DNA from: Sphagnum compactum
Taxonomy: Eukaryota
Reading direction: 5' to 3'
DNA length: 64,000 bases
NCBI GenBank assembly: GCA_965153455.1
Contig: OZ234493.1
Location: forward strand, 20,574,213 to 20,638,212
Made by a program: the position numbers and the translations under genes. The notes beneath the pieces were generated by a model that was given only the letters and a program-made list of their open reading frames with translations, searched no databases and was not told the origin of the DNA. This document shows, in pieces, positions 1 through 14,662 of the stretch; the first letter of the stretch is position 1; each line of letters opens with the position of its first letter.

Positions 1-3000
1 CTTTGTCTACATAGGATTGTTTGCTTCAAAAAAAAAAAGACTCCAAAACTATGCATAGTTAAACCATGTAAAAGCAAAAACCACTTGCAAACTGCACTTG
101 TTCATCCCATGTTATAACCTGCAGATGATAGTAGATGGAATTTCCTTCATGAACATTCAATAATATGTGATTATGCATGACCTCTGTGAAATTTTGCAAC
201 TTGGGTCTATCAAAACTTAAGTAGAGTTAGGGAAATCTATGAGTATGACTAGAACCAGTACTTTTGATAATGGTTTTGAATGAGTTTTGTCCTCCCTCAA
301 CTTAAGATTCCGTGTAACGTGACCTAGAATTTGCACCATCCACACTTGATTCTTCTTTCAAGACTGCTTCAACGACATCCTCTTCCTTGGCAACAAAATG
401 CATGATTAGAAATTGCTTTTGAAACTCTTACATGATTTCAAACCCCAAATGCCACAACTTGAGTTCACACATAGTCTGACCATGAATCTTAACCATCCAT
501 GGGTGCATTATCCTCCAAAGTAGTTTTCACCACTAAGTCCTCTTGGGGAGCCAACAAAAGCTCAAAATTGGCTTCTAAACCTTTTACAAAAGTTACCCTA
601 GAGAACAAATTTACCTACACCACATGAGTTGTTCCAAAATCGTTCAAACCAATATTTGCATCATCTGCACACACTACTTCAACTATTCTATAACCTTTCA
701 AATATATTTCTAAATCTTTTAAACCAACCACTTCTACTGATTGAGAACGTTTCAAATCCATGTGACATTTTTTCCTTCGTTAATTTCTTGAAATAATCTC
801 AACATATTCAAAGGAAATAACACATGTTTACATTTGTATGGAACTACATGTTTACAATGTACATGTGTATGAAATTGGAAGCACACGAAAATTCCAAAAA
901 ACAACAAAACAAAAACAAAGACATTGAATTATAATTGCTTTGACATACTAAATGCAAAAACATGATTATGTACTCACCTTTTGCATTGACATGTTTGCTC
1001 CTTTATTAATCTCTTGAAATAACCAAGTAGCATATTTACATTTGTATCAAATTACATGTTTACATGTGTATGAAATTGGAAAGACCCAAAGATTCCCAAA
1101 AAAAACTGAAAGGACACAAAGATTTCAAAAGACATTGAAAAAAATAAAGAGATTTGTTTCTCTTTTGATATCTTGAGATCGATATAAGGACATTTTGAAA
1201 CATTACTTCTTGTAAAATGTTTATTTTTTAAAGATTCCGGTTTGGAATCGACCTTTAATAAATCTGTAGTTTAGAACCATATTTTTGTACAACCCACGAG
1301 TATAGCCCATCCCACCTAAACCAGCTCTGATGAAATCATCGTCGTTGGAATTTTGAAGATTTGTTTCCTAAAAATGATGTATTGAAAAGACTTCAAGAAT
1401 ATGCTTGAAAAATCAATGAAAGAGCACAAGTTTAAAGGGGTGCTCCTATTAATGTGGTTGGAACCAATTTTTATTATCAAAACCTATCTATTGGAGTTTA
1501 AGGTTGAATAGTTTAAATACATACTTTTAGCTAAGGTGTCTAATTTAAACAACCTAGGTTTCCTAATTATCCATGTTTTTGGTTTAAGTGACATAGGTTA
1601 AATAGGCTAAACAACCCAACCTAGGGACTCTATGCTAACTAAGATGGGTGGCCATGTGGTGCCATTTGTTCAACTTGGAGCTTACCACATGTCAACATTT
1701 CAATGGTCAAAGAACTTCAATGTCTCTACATTTTTGTTATAAAATTAGTTGCAAATGACCATGCCACATAGGCATAAGTGATTGCATATTTTAGTCACAA
1801 AAACCAATTGTAAATGGATGTGTTATGTTGGCTAAATGTGAATTCAATGAAAATTTTGCGTTAATCCCACCTTGATACAATTTTCATTTTGATTAGATGC
1901 CATGTCATGTCTTTTCTAACTAAAATTTCATGTGACTTATCGAAGGCGACTAGAAGAATTAATAGTCACATAAAGCATTTACAGTTGAAAAATAGTCATT
2001 TGTGATTGAGAAAACCTATCATTAATATGCAAATTTCTTGTATTGTTTGTAAAATAAATCTAGGTTAGGCATTAATTTGAACATCTATGACAAAAATTCA
2101 TGGATGTGTTACATATGTGTGTATGTGTGTGTGTGTATTCATTTTTGTGTGAACTCTAAGTTTCTCCATTGTTTCAAAAATGCATCCTTCTTGATGAGGA
2201 CATTAAGATATTTAATATGGACTATTAATTATTAGGGAAAAAAATTAAGGTTAATTGGTTATTTTTGGAATAAAATTCCTCATGGTGTGGGTGGTTTATT
2301 TGATAAGTTTTTGGTGATGATGATGGTGTTAATTTTGGGAAGGAGGTGACTAATGAGAAATGGAAAGAAAGGACCAAGGAGGAAAGGTAATGTGCAAAAA
2401 TCGAAAAGGCAGTTAAAGTCAATTTTGGATTGTAATTGAAATGGCATGAATTGGAAAATGGCAAATTACATAAACATTTGATCAAATTCAAACAAATGAA
2501 TATTGCAAATTTTTGAATCTAAAGGAATTGTGTGAATGGAAAAGGCCTGGTTAGATGTCTGATTTTTATTGTTCCTTTTGTTCCTTCTTGTCTAAAAGAG
2601 GAAAATGTTTGTAAAAGATAAATTTGTGTCCTCTTTTTATTTTATAGTAAAAGCAAGCAATTAAGTAGGGCTACAAATTTTTCCCCACCCAATTTTTTGG
2701 TCACACCTTTGTTTTTCAACTCATGTATATGCTTGGAATACATTAAAATATCCATAAAGTTTTTCAAAGTCAAGATAGGAACCTTGTCTTTGGGGAAAAT
2801 GTAAGGTAGGTTCTTGAACTTAGCATAAAGTTAATATGAATGAAAAAAAAGGTTGAAAATTTTTAATGCACTAATTTTTGTGCATTTCCATGATTCAACC
2901 CAAGTTTGGTTGTTTTTGAACTTTGCTTGTAGTTTTGCATGAACAAAAGAGTTGTGTGGATTGAAGTGAAAGTTTGTGTTAGGTTTCAAGAGAATGACAA

Positions 3001-4735
3001 TGAGTTGTTTCCTAAGATGTGTGTAAGTGTCTAGTGTCTACTAACTATGAAGTTATGTTGAAAATCATGTGGCATGGAAATGTTCACTTTCCACAAGTAG
3101 CCATTATGTGTTTTTTAAGTATATTGAAAACACATTTTTAATTTGCACGAATCAATCACAAGGCATATATTGGCACAAAAGGAATAAGAAATACATTTTT
3201 CAATACAAATTTTTCTATGAAATTTTGCTTATCAATGTTATATACAAAAGTAATCTTATATCAAGATTTTTTCAATTTGTTGTAAAGTCATGAAGTTTAA
3301 ATTTGAATTATATTTAAACCTTTGATGGTACATTATGCTATAATAATGATGATGATTATGATATTTGTAGTTTCTAAGATGTTATTTTGTTGAAAATGTA
3401 GATGCTTTAAGTGTTGTCTTTATTTATCTAAAAATTTTGAGTAGATTTTTCAAAGTTAAAAATGATAAATTGTATCAAATAAGATATTTTAAACAAGTTT
3501 TTATATTATTATCTGATTAATGTACATTTACTCCCAAAAAATGAAAAAAATGGTATTCATGATTATTTTATTTTATTTGAAGCCCCAAGTTAGCTAATTG
3601 TGTTTTTTTAATTAAAAAAATTAAGTTGCAATATTTTCAATAATTTATTTACATCTAGTCTTGACTCCAATTGGCTCCATCGTACATTGTAAACACCTAA
3701 TTATTTTTCCTTCAAAAATCTTGGTTTTGGTTCCACACCTAAATAAAATTAGGAATTTCAACCATACATCAAAATGAACATGTCAAAATAACAATATGAG
3801 AAAGTAGAAGCAACACATTAAATGAATGTTTACTTTAGGAGTGGTAAAACTAATATAAAAAAGTTGAATTTTTTTAATGCAATTATGGGTCATCAATTAA
3901 ATAGTTTTTGGCCACGATAATTTCCCTTTTCCTCCATTTATACTACTTTTACCTAGTTTGTAACAATAGCCTACCAAGGTGCAAATCATTTTGAATTCAT
4001 TTTTTCATTTTTTTCACAGAATCATTTATTTAAATATTCCATGAACTTTTCATATCATATAATAGGTTATGCTCCCTTGATAATATTCATATTTTACTAC
4101 CCATTTCAACACCCAAGTATTAAAATAATTATATTATGGCATTTGATTAGGCTTAGCGACTTGTCTAAACCATTATAGGGTTTTAGCATCTTAAACTTAA
4201 AATGTTGTGATCGTCAACCATTCCTTGTTCAATTTTTGAAGAATGGAGCTTTTAAGCATGACTTTTTTACATTTCTTTGATTGTGCCTTCATCTTTGGCA
4301 AGGCTTACAAAAGATCCTTTGCAATGTTAGGTAAAGGAAACCCATACTAACCAAAAATACAATTTGTTGGTTAAAATGATTAGAGGTGGATTCTTTTATT
4401 AATCTTGTCTATTTTTTTCTTATCCAAAAAAATAATCTAATGACTTTTAGTTCAAATTCTTTCATAGGTCCACAATAAGAAATTTGCAAATTGATCCAAT
4501 TTTAATAGTGTTTGTTTGGCTTCCTTTTCATACAACTAAGGGAAATTCACAAACTTATGTGTACAAAAATGACGTTTAAGAGGGAATTGGATTTGTTTAG
4601 TAATTTGTTGGGCATATTATTGTAATTGTAGACTATGGAACTTCCCATGCTTGTTTTCAAGTTTGTCATAAGGTAAAAACTAAGGAGGATGCACAATATT
4701 TTCTCTTCATCTCCTATGATTTGTGGTATACGCGG

Positions 4736-5380
4736 TACACATTTGTTCCAATGGCTGGAAAATGGACATCAATGGGAAAGAATGGTTTAAAAGATATCAA
4801 AGTGTTTGGAATGAATAACAAATGTCAAATTACAACTCGTGTATCATGAACAATTGATGAAACATTCTTCCTATGGAATTTATTTTAATGGATAAAATTG
4901 GTGGGTGTTTATTTCAAACCACGTTTGTAAAAAATTGTTTAGGTTATGGTTTTCACATTGCAATAAAAATCATCATTCAAAACAAAAAAACATTTAAACT
5001 ATTCATACACCAATGAATTTGTTTGAAAATCAAGAGTGATTAACTTGTTGATTGTTGATATACACATAAATTTTGAGGCATTTTTTTGTTGGATGAAGAA
5101 AGAATTTGTCTAATTTGTGCACCTTTTGTTCTTGCAAACTACAAACACTTTAACATATGTCATGATGCAAAGGCCCTTCAAATGTGAATTTTTGACATGC
5201 TTCACTTATTGATTTGCAACACCAATTCCATTCAATGACAATCAAAATGTGACACTTTGGGCTTTAATTTGTTCTTCAAATTGGAATGTTATGTATACTT
5301 GGTTTTTAAAGGCTTGGAAGACTCTTGGATTTTATATAGACATTATTATTGAAGGATCGTTTGCTTAAAGCTTTAAAAAA
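4736..5380 (+). mobile_element. Decayed pogo/Tigger-like (DDE_1) transposase fragment
   Basis: Broken translation TFVPMAGKWT..KNGLKDIKVFGMNNKCQITTRVS, then L.DC*YTH..EAFFCWMKKEF..FVLANY..VMMQRPFKCEF. This resembles the DDE_1 pattern D.WSVH / FVPANCT..LQP.D...RPFK. Many stops and frameshifts. Confidence 0.6.
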
Positions 5381-6589
5381 TGAATTTCCAGTAGAGGTTG
5401 TGGAAACAAATCAAATTGTTCTATTCTAGTGCATCAAAATGAACAAGACCAAGACTCAAGAGGAACTATTAAGAAAGATCAACTCATGGATATGATGGTC
5501 AAGGTCATTGGTAATATTTGAAAGCTAGTTTCATAGCAAAATAATAGTTGTTATAGTATATATATTTTTGATAATATGTTTGATGGTGGATGATATGGTC
5601 CAACAATGGACAAAATTGTTTATCATTTAAGATGTTTATTTTTTTGGTATTATTTAAGTTTTTTCCTAACAACCATTCACTAAATGACATAATTAATTAG
5701 TGTAAGAAAATACAAAGGATTTATTGTTGAACAATATGAGCCAATGGATGTAACATGGAGATCACCATTCAGGCTTTATATACTATAAACAAAAGATAGT
5801 TTATGAAATAAGAGATAATATTGTTAAACTACATATATTAAATATTTCCAATAAATGTCAAACTATTTAATGATAGCTATTAGTGTGGCCTATGCCATTT
5901 GCCCAATTGAATGAATATTAAAAATTAAAATGGTATAAAATTGATTTTTAAATTCAATTCGAAAAAATACTTTTATTCAATTTCCAATGACAAAGAACAT
6001 TCAAAATTCATACCTCTTCACCTTAGGTCTAAAAGTTACAAATTCATTCCCATAAATATGTTAACAGAAAAAAGACTTTCCAATAACACAAAAAAATGTG
6101 CCCCAAAATATATAATTTGAAAATCATTTTTGTATGTTTGTGATGTTCATACCTACCTATTTACAAGCTTAACTACCTCATTTTTTTCCCCTACCCACCT
6201 GCATTGAACCCCCATGGTCTTGGAGATTTCAATGTGACAAACAAATAGTCAAAATTTTAAAAAATAAATAGAATTTCTTAAAAAATAACAAATTAATGTT
6301 ATAGATGTATACATGAATTATAATTGTCATATTAAGGGTGTTAAATTTGAACTTGACTAGGTTGCAATGGTGGGAAGGAAGTTTAACATTACCTTCAACA
6401 AAAAGCAAAGGGAGCTAATCAACACCAAGAGGCCAAAGTGTGGAAAAGTTTTGTGTGTGACAATAAATGGACATGTAAACGAGGGACAAGGGTGAAATTG
6501 CCAAGGTAATGTCAAATAATGAAGGAGGTGGAAGTGTTCTTATGACACACCATACTTTGTATTGTCCGACTTTCATTGGAAACAACAAA

Positions 6590-7012
6590 TACTTCTATTT
6601 GTGGAGGTTTTCGGGTGTTAACACCAACATGCGGATCGATTTCTTCATTGATGTGCCAACATGACATGGGGAGCGAAAGGTGTTGGAAGCCCTCCTCTTT
6701 CAGTTTTGTGCACATTTTATAAACAAAAGGTGTCAGTGATGTTATAGCATGTGCAAGTGATTTCTATTTTGAAACATGTTATTGCAATAGGTGAAGGTCC
6801 TTTTAAGCTAAACATCCTTTTGGAAGGTCCTCCCTTTCCTTATTTGATATGTTTTTTGCAACATGAGGGGGTTTGGGAACTTAATGTTCCTTGTGTGGTT
6901 CAACTTCTTAGGTGGTTCTTTTGTTTTCTTGGACACAAGTCCTTCCATTTTGTTTTTTGTATTCCCCCTTTTTTTGGCGCTTTGATGTATTTATGGTTGG
7001 CAGGGTTTCATC
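6590..7012 (+). mobile_element. 3' end of a decayed non-LTR retrotransposon with a restriction-like endonuclease (CRE/SLACS-like), copy 1
   Basis: VEVFGC*HQHADRFLH*CANMTWGAKGVGSPPLSVLCTFYKQKVSVML*HVQVISILKH. Homologous to the minus-strand copy at 47171-47760; both end in CAGGGTTTCATCA. Confidence 0.65.
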
Positions 7013-9013
7013 AACAAATAGTTTTTGAAAAACAACTTCTAAAATTCAAGGAAATTTTTGAAAGGATTGAACATGCTTTGTTGACACAAGCAATTTTGAC
7101 AACTTAAAATAAACATTGAACAACAAATCTAAGTTGATTTAAAAAGTTGTTACAACAAAAACACATGCATATAGAAAATTTGAAAATGAAATAAAACTTG
7201 GGGAAAAAGGTTGTAGATACCCAATGTCACATGCATGAAAAATGATCATAACCAAAGAATTTTCAATGTGCATAAAAACAAAGACAAGTTATAAGAGTAG
7301 CTCAATTAATATCAATGAATTGGCCTACACAATATATTTTGGATGAGATATAAATCATTGTGTGCCAATTTGGGCCAATAAGTTTGCATAAGATTTAATG
7401 CTTGTAAAAGACATTGGGTTGTAAAATGATTGTTCTTAATTGGTTGGCTATAATTATTGGTTGAAGTGGGTGCATTTAAATAGCCTTCCACCTTATAATG
7501 TCTTAGTTTTCATGGTTGTTGGTGGGGATTGTGAAACTATATATACATTGTGTTTGATTTGATTATATTATACTGAGGCCAAATAAGGGGTATGGATCGA
7601 GTTGTTCTAACATGCCTAAATGTAAGTCTTACCAACATCGACAATAATTTAATTCGAGGACATTATATATTTAAAAAATTCTCAAGCATAAGGTCATACC
7701 CTATACTAGTGTTCAACAAATTGAATGTAATTTGGTGGGGAAGTTGGGTATCCCTATTCATACATATTCATAGGTGATTGTTTGGGTTTCTACTCACCAA
7801 ATTTTTGAGAAAATTTTAAAATCTTAGAAAAAAAATGTTATATTTTATATTAGGATCAAGTAACTAGCCAAAAAGTAGAAAGGTACTTCAACTTATTTTG
7901 CTTTTACATTTTTAATAGCCAAAATTTGACTAAATTGTCTTATGGATGATCACCACTTCAGCTCCATTACAAAATTGAAAAATCAAAGGAAAAAGATGTT
8001 AAGAGGACAGAACTCAAAACAAGCAACTCATCCAGGATTTTATTTTATTTCAAAATTGTGAAGTAGATGCACTAGCGATCTTCCCCAAGAGGACAGAGAT
8101 CAAAGTCAAAAAAATTTAGGAGATTTTCTTCTCCTTGAAATATAGCGACTTTGTGCAGGTTTTTTCGCCAAAAAAATCCTTTGTAGGATTCCACAGCCCA
8201 CTTTGTATGGGTCACCAAGTGATGAAATTTTGTCGAAAAAAAACAAGAACTCATTGCATAAATGACACCTCTACACTTGATGAGAGTTCAAACTAAAAAC
8301 TTCCCTTCCTGGATCCCGAACTTATCTACTTAGATACATGAGGAGCTTTATTGGAACATTCGCATCCATCATAAGCACACAGATTAGTACTCCAAATGCC
8401 ACTCACATATTGGGTCAAGGTGGACCCAAAAAAAACTATACACAAATCCTAAGCACCGATGTGCAGCTAGTCCCTTCACTTTGGGCATTGGTGGTTAGGA
8501 TTTGCGCACAAGAAAAAATCAAGTCTGGCAAGCCAGACTAACTTCTATATATAACCCAGATAGATAGTCTATGGTACACTGTACTTATTACAGTGTTAAA
8601 ACGGGGTTACCCAGCTGCGAAAGATTTACATAAGATAATTCTGATTAGGAGGTGCATAGCAACAGAGGGAGCAGATGAAGTCAGGATTGTCTCAAGTGTC
8701 AATTGTCAGCTGCAACAATCTCATGTCGTGTGTAGGAATGGCGCGGTTGCATGTTTGTTGTGATTTATATTCTCTCTCTCTCTCTCTTTGTAAAAATAGA
8801 AAAATCCGTGGCTGCACGTCACTCATCACACATCTGCCTAATTCTGTCTGCTGCATGATTCTGCTGGCAGCTCATGCACCTGCTGCATTCTGCTAGCTAG
8901 CTGCTCCAATCTCCAAATCCAGGCGAGAAGTGAAACTAAGTTTTTCTTTTTTTAACTTATTTGCATGGCATGATATGCAACTGCTTTGCTTGAACTCACA
9001 CCTCGGTTGCTAG

Positions 9014-9492
9014 TGTGAACCAGCACCCACCAATGCACCATGAAGGATGGATAGTATGTTGGTCGGGAAACGAATTTTCTAGGCTAACCATGATGGTTAG
9101 CTCAATTGCTGGTTTTACTACCTACCTACTTGCTAGCTAACCATGGTGGTTAGCTCAGTTGCTGGTTTTACTACTCAACTACTTGCTAGCTAACCATAGT
9201 GGTTAGCTCAGTTCGTGGTTTTACTACCTACCTACTCCCTAGCTAACCATGGTGGTTAGCTCGGTTGCCAGTTTTACTACTTACCTATTAGTTAGTAGGT
9301 AGTAAAACCAGCCCTTACCTACGTATAAAGCATCCATTTACCTAGTAGTCACCTGTATAGGTGTAGGACCTATTCTTTACAGAATGGGTTACTGAGGCGA
9401 AACCAGATCATATTAACTCAGTTGAGGTTCATGCACAACTAACTACGTTGTAACAGGCATCTAATGGATGGTGCGCTTGTGGGTGCTGGCTC
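9014..9492. mobile_element. MITE-like element with about 25-bp imperfect TIRs and an internal 53-bp tandem array
   Basis: GAACCAGCACCCACCAATGCACCAT (9017) versus the reverse complement of the right end, GAGCCAGCACCCACAAGCGCACCAT. Related copies or ends at about 10100, 32840-33030, 56216-56594 and 62231-62400. Confidence 0.7.
9083..9290. repeat. Four 53-bp tandem units, each with a hairpin GCTAACCA(TGG)TGGTTAGC
   Basis: Units start at 9083, 9136, 9189 and 9242. Confidence 0.9.
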
Positions 9493-9499
9493 TCTCTAC

Positions 9500-10079
9500 C
9501 AGTGTTGGATATCAATGTTTATGGATATCCGTCATTTATTTATCAGTTGAATATCAATAGTTCTGGATATCAAAACATTCAAAAATTCACCTATCAATTA
9601 TGTTGGGTGCCATTTTTTTTTTGGGGTGAAAAATCTCCAAAAGGTAACATCCTTTTTTAAAAAGGCCATGATAATAATAACTACTACTAACTACAACTTC
9701 AAAAAGACCTCTGAAAATGTGTCCTTAGAACAATCTAAAATTGGTTAAGGATTCTCACCATCCTAGCTACATCAAGAAAATGAAAATATATGTCCCTGGA
9801 ATAGTTTTAAATTTTTTAAGGATTCTTGCCACCCCAGCTATATCAAGAAAATGAAAAAAAAAATTAAAAATAACATAGGTAGGTACTACTAACTTTGATA
9901 TCCGGTCCTAGATTTGATATCTATGTCAAATATCAACATCTTTATACCCAACATAATTTTTGGATATCAAAGTGCCAGATATCACCAGAATGGGTGATAT
10001 TCGTTAGATGCCATTTTTGATATCCGAGCTGATATTTGGGTTGATATCCCAGGAAAATCTAGATATCCGCCCAACATTG
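9500..10079. mobile_element. Non-autonomous hAT-type element
   Basis: Ends CAGTGTTGG...CCAACATTG. 8-bp TSD CTCTCTAC / TTCTCTAC (7/8 match). GATATC motifs cluster at both subtermini. Confidence 0.8.
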
Positions 10080-10990
10080 TTCTCTACCCAGGTCACTATG
10101 AACTAGCACCCACCTACCACACCATGGCTGAATGTTGGGGGGGGGGGACAGAAAAATGATTTATCAAATTGCTTAATGGTTGCTTTTTTGAACATGGTTG
10201 TTCCTTTAGTTCATGTGCATCCCTTGATTTTCTTTTAAATTAATTTTAGTGTTCTATTTTATTTATTTTGTTTTTATTTCACACATTGTGTCCTTGTAGT
10301 ATTGAGGCATAGATACTTGTTTGCTCGCTTGCACATTATGTACTTGACATAGATTACCAACTTACTTATTTACCCAATATGGATACATTATTTACTACTT
10401 GCACTTAAAATATAATTTAAAATGGTATTTAGTTTGTTCACTTCACTATGAGAAAAATCTGTCTATGAGAAAAATATGTTCATTGCAACTAAAAAATGTT
10501 TGATAGAATTAGATTATAACTAGATAGTCTAGTTGCAACGGACATGATTTTCTCATAGTGCTTTAAAATTTAAACTCATGAATGTATTTGCAATCACAAA
10601 GTGCAAATAATAAGGTTTGTGACTTAAGGCAATTGCACTGTATGTGTACATAATCCTTTTGGTTATGGAGTTAAAGTGGTTGTGTGTACATATAATTAAA
10701 TTCTAACTTCAATATTGAACTATTAAGGGTTTAGACCAAAAATAAACAAAGATGACTTTATGCATTTTTTAATTTTGATTACGTAGTGCAATGTCATGAA
10801 TTCACAATATACACTTTGGTAACATGTCACATTCAATAAATTCAGGCCCAACAAGGTTGCAATATTGACATTTAAAACTATCAAGGCCTCTCGAAATACC
10901 TTTCAGTAAATGACATGCCATATTGTGCATAACATTCACATCTTGAACCATATACAAGACATTCACAATGTGAAACATCTTAAATTTTTT

Positions 10991-11730
10991 AATGAGTAAG
11001 GGTGCATTGAGGTGATTTCATAATTGTTTAGACCTACAATGTAAGAGTTATTGAACTTTGAGTATTTTCATTAATGAAATTCAATCAAAATAAAATTTTA
11101 TATTTTTAGAAAAATTGGTGATGCATCCTTGCTACAATTCTAGCCCTCAATAAGTATGAGTGCATTGGGATGATCTTGTAATTTTCAGAGCTACGGTGCA
11201 AGAGTTAATGAGTTTTGAATATTTTTGTAATTAGAAATTTAATAAATTGGTTTAAAAACACATAAATCTATTAAAGAAGGTTTTTTCTTTGTTTGTCATG
11301 TTAAGATCTCCCAAACCACAATTCCCCCACTTGTGTTCTTGGTCCCATTGGAAAGCCCTCAATGAATAGGAGTGCATTAACATGATTTCATATTGTTTAG
11401 ACCTAGAATGCAAGAGTTATTGAATATTAAATAATTTTGTCATTGAAAATTTAATTTAACCTAAACTAAAAAAAATGATTGAAAGTGGGCATGCTTTTGG
11501 TATTATTAGAAAGTGCTCAATGAGGAGGAGTTTATGGAGTTAATTTCATAATTTTCTAGACCTAAGGTGCAACCACTATTCAGTTTTGAATATTTTTGTC
11601 AAATTAGAATTTTAAATCTTAAAAAGATTTGGATTTCAGCCATTTCCATCATCTCCCAACCAACACTTTTGAAATTTCATTTGGATCTATAATCAAAACT
11701 CAAAATTTCAGGGGAATTGGGTACATTTTT
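10991..11730. repeat. Degenerate 150-200 bp tandem units of an interspersed repeat (CTCAATGAGTA..GTGCATT..GATTTCATAATT..AGACCTA..GTGCAAGAGTTATTGAA)
   Basis: Copies near 10991, 11145, 11355 and 11515. A related unit lies at about 33280-33450. Confidence 0.7.
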
Positions 11731-14662
11731 GGTATTGTTGGAAGTGTATTATTTTGTTGCCTTTTCAAAATTCATTTAATATTACAATATGTGATCAACG
11801 ACATATGTCACCCTAGTATACTTTGTAAAATTAAGTTACAAATTTTGCTCAATGATAGGCAATAGTGTGCAATTAATTGAATTATAGTTCAAAAGTGCCA
11901 TGCATAACAAATGCAAGACTCCAAGACACTTCAAAATGATACTCTCTCATTTTGAGTGCCAAAGTTTTATTTAAAGATGAAATTATATCCTTTTAAAAAA
12001 AATCCAGATCTCCTATATTTCCTTCCAAACCTTTGAAATCTAACTTGATTGTTAAAAGAACTTAATATATATTGACATCCTTTTATTGTAGCCCAAGAAT
12101 TGGAAAAAATCAAAATTCTAACATCATTTCCATTAAATCTATTGTTTCATAATGTTAAAATTTTGTGTCATCATGAAGAACATATTTTATTCTATTTGTG
12201 ACTAAAATATTCCATTAAACCTATTTTGACTATAGGTATGCCAAGGTGGGGCCTATGAGACCCTATGCTAAACTAGCTTACTTAGACTTACATGGGTTAA
12301 GTAACTTAACTAAGGTAGGTCGAACAGGCTATAGGATAAATCAAAAAGTGTTTATTAAAATATGGTGCCAAATTATTTTACATACAAAAAGTTGATGCCA
12401 TGGTAAGGACTTTGTCCTTCAAAATTATCAAGCTTAAGGGATCAAATCCTAATTCTTGCAACTTAGTCTAAATTAGCTAAGTAGCTTGGGTGCCTAGGTG
12501 GCCTAGCCACCAAGCCTAGCTTAGGCTAGTAGGCCTAGCCTACTATAGGAACTAGGAGGCTAGCCTAAAAATTTAACTATTAGTGAATTCAACTAGTTCT
12601 TAGTGTGAAAGACATGTTGAGGGTATTAGGTAGGTTCATGTTCTCTTTCAAGTTCTAAGGTACTTAAACAAAAGGTTCAAAATTTAATAGAACTAGATTT
12701 TGATTCAGACCTTGGGACCACCATTTATTAAAATTTGGATTAGTTAGTGTCTTTTTTTTTAAAAAAAATTTAGGTTTTTTAACCATATAAGTATTATTGT
12801 TTTTGAAGCGCAAGGATTCTTAAAATTGCAACTACTTATGCAAATGAGTAAATATCATGAGTAGGTAAAGAAATTAAGTGTTACACGTATTATGTAGATT
12901 GGTAAGTAGGCAAGGCACCTAATGGATACTAGGTAGGTAGATGATTGATAGTTAACCATTAAGATAATTGCAAACTATAGTGGACCAACTGTGAAACAAT
13001 AGGAATTTCTAGTAGTCTTTTTTTTTAGTGCATTTTGATAGTGAAACAAATGTGACAATATGGTTGGATGCTTATGTTTGAGATCTCAAGAGTCATATTT
13101 TTCAAAAAGTAACTAATGGTTGTCTATTAATTATACATCCCAAGACACAATGTTTATGAACAATTTTTTAAACTTTCACAACATTCATGTCATAATGGAC
13201 TTCATTGTTTTCTTTTTATTCTAGCACTCCTAAAAGTCCCCCAAACTTTTGTGCCATCTTGAAATGATTTGGATATCCCTATTTTGAACTACTTATGACA
13301 TTTATCAATTTTAGAGATTGATGATTTGATTAATCAATAAAAAACCATGATTATAATGATTCCATTTACACGTTATTTATGTAGTGTTACAAAAAAAGGC
13401 AAAGATGTCAAAAAAGTCTCCATCTGGTGTAAAACATTAAGTTTTGAACAATAAAAGTATTGCACCTAAATAGATTGCATAAAAAATCAAATATTTGAAT
13501 TCCTTTTCATAAAATTCATATAGGATTTGACATGGGACACATTATCATCCACAAGGTGCAAAAACATATTGTCATCTTACATCCATATTGGGCCACTATA
13601 GCTTGCAATACCCATCATGGTTAGTTACAAGATGGGAGTTCAATGAATAAATGCTTCATGTCCACTCATCAACCATCATGCAAGTTGTGTTGGTGGGTGT
13701 TTTTCACTTTGGTTTGGTTATAGGGGTTTATGAGCCATGAGTGTACATACTAACCAACAATGCCTATATACTAGCTAATCATGCTAAATTCATCCTATAA
13801 TGTCATATTCGTGCCAATAGTGCCTACATACTAACTAACAATGTCGTTGTCAAAACCATGACCTCATGTTACCAATAGTTTTTTGCTTATCATAGCAACA
13901 CATTGATGATGCCTTCTTCATCCCATCCTCCTATAATAATGGTTGTTCCTACATGACTCACATGATTCACATGACTCATTTCAAGCTTGTTTCTAGTAAT
14001 TGACAATGTCATTTCAATTTAAAAAGAATGGCATTATTAATTATGACTATGTAACAAATAGTTACCTTGATGGCCATCTAATGCCAATATACCAATAATT
14101 AACAAGATATACCCACACTTAACAATCAAAACAAGGTCCACATATTTAATAATGCATTCATATCGAATTGGATGTCCAATATATTTGAATGTTATTCATT
14201 GGTTGACCATTAACTATTTGGAGATTTTTGTGACACAAAATGAAGGGGATTCCAAACCACATTATTCCCAACTTCTTTAACTTGGCTATGTAGTCCTTTA
14301 ACTTAGAACATCTTATTTCTCAACAAAAGGTCCCATACTTTAGGATTAATCAATTTGACCAATTTGAGGTTTTGGATCAGTTTTCAATCTAGTTTTGAAT
14401 ACCTAAACCACATGTGCTTGACCTCTTGTCAAAACTTAAACCATAAAAGAACTATGATACAAAATATATTTACTATATATAATGCTTCATTTTTGGTTAG
14501 ATACAACACTCCATGTAAAAGTCCCCTACAAGTTCATAAAATGTGTTCAAATGGGCATGTTTGTTACTTTCTAAAATTTCATTATTGTGATCTTTGATTA
14601 CCAAATGCTCACACACTTATGGACCCTCCCAAGCCTAGGTCAAAACCATTGTTGGGCACGCA

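Noticed and set aside
9083-9290. CRISPR array
   Set aside because: Linkers are near-identical rather than unique spacers, there are no cas genes, and the context is a eukaryotic MITE.
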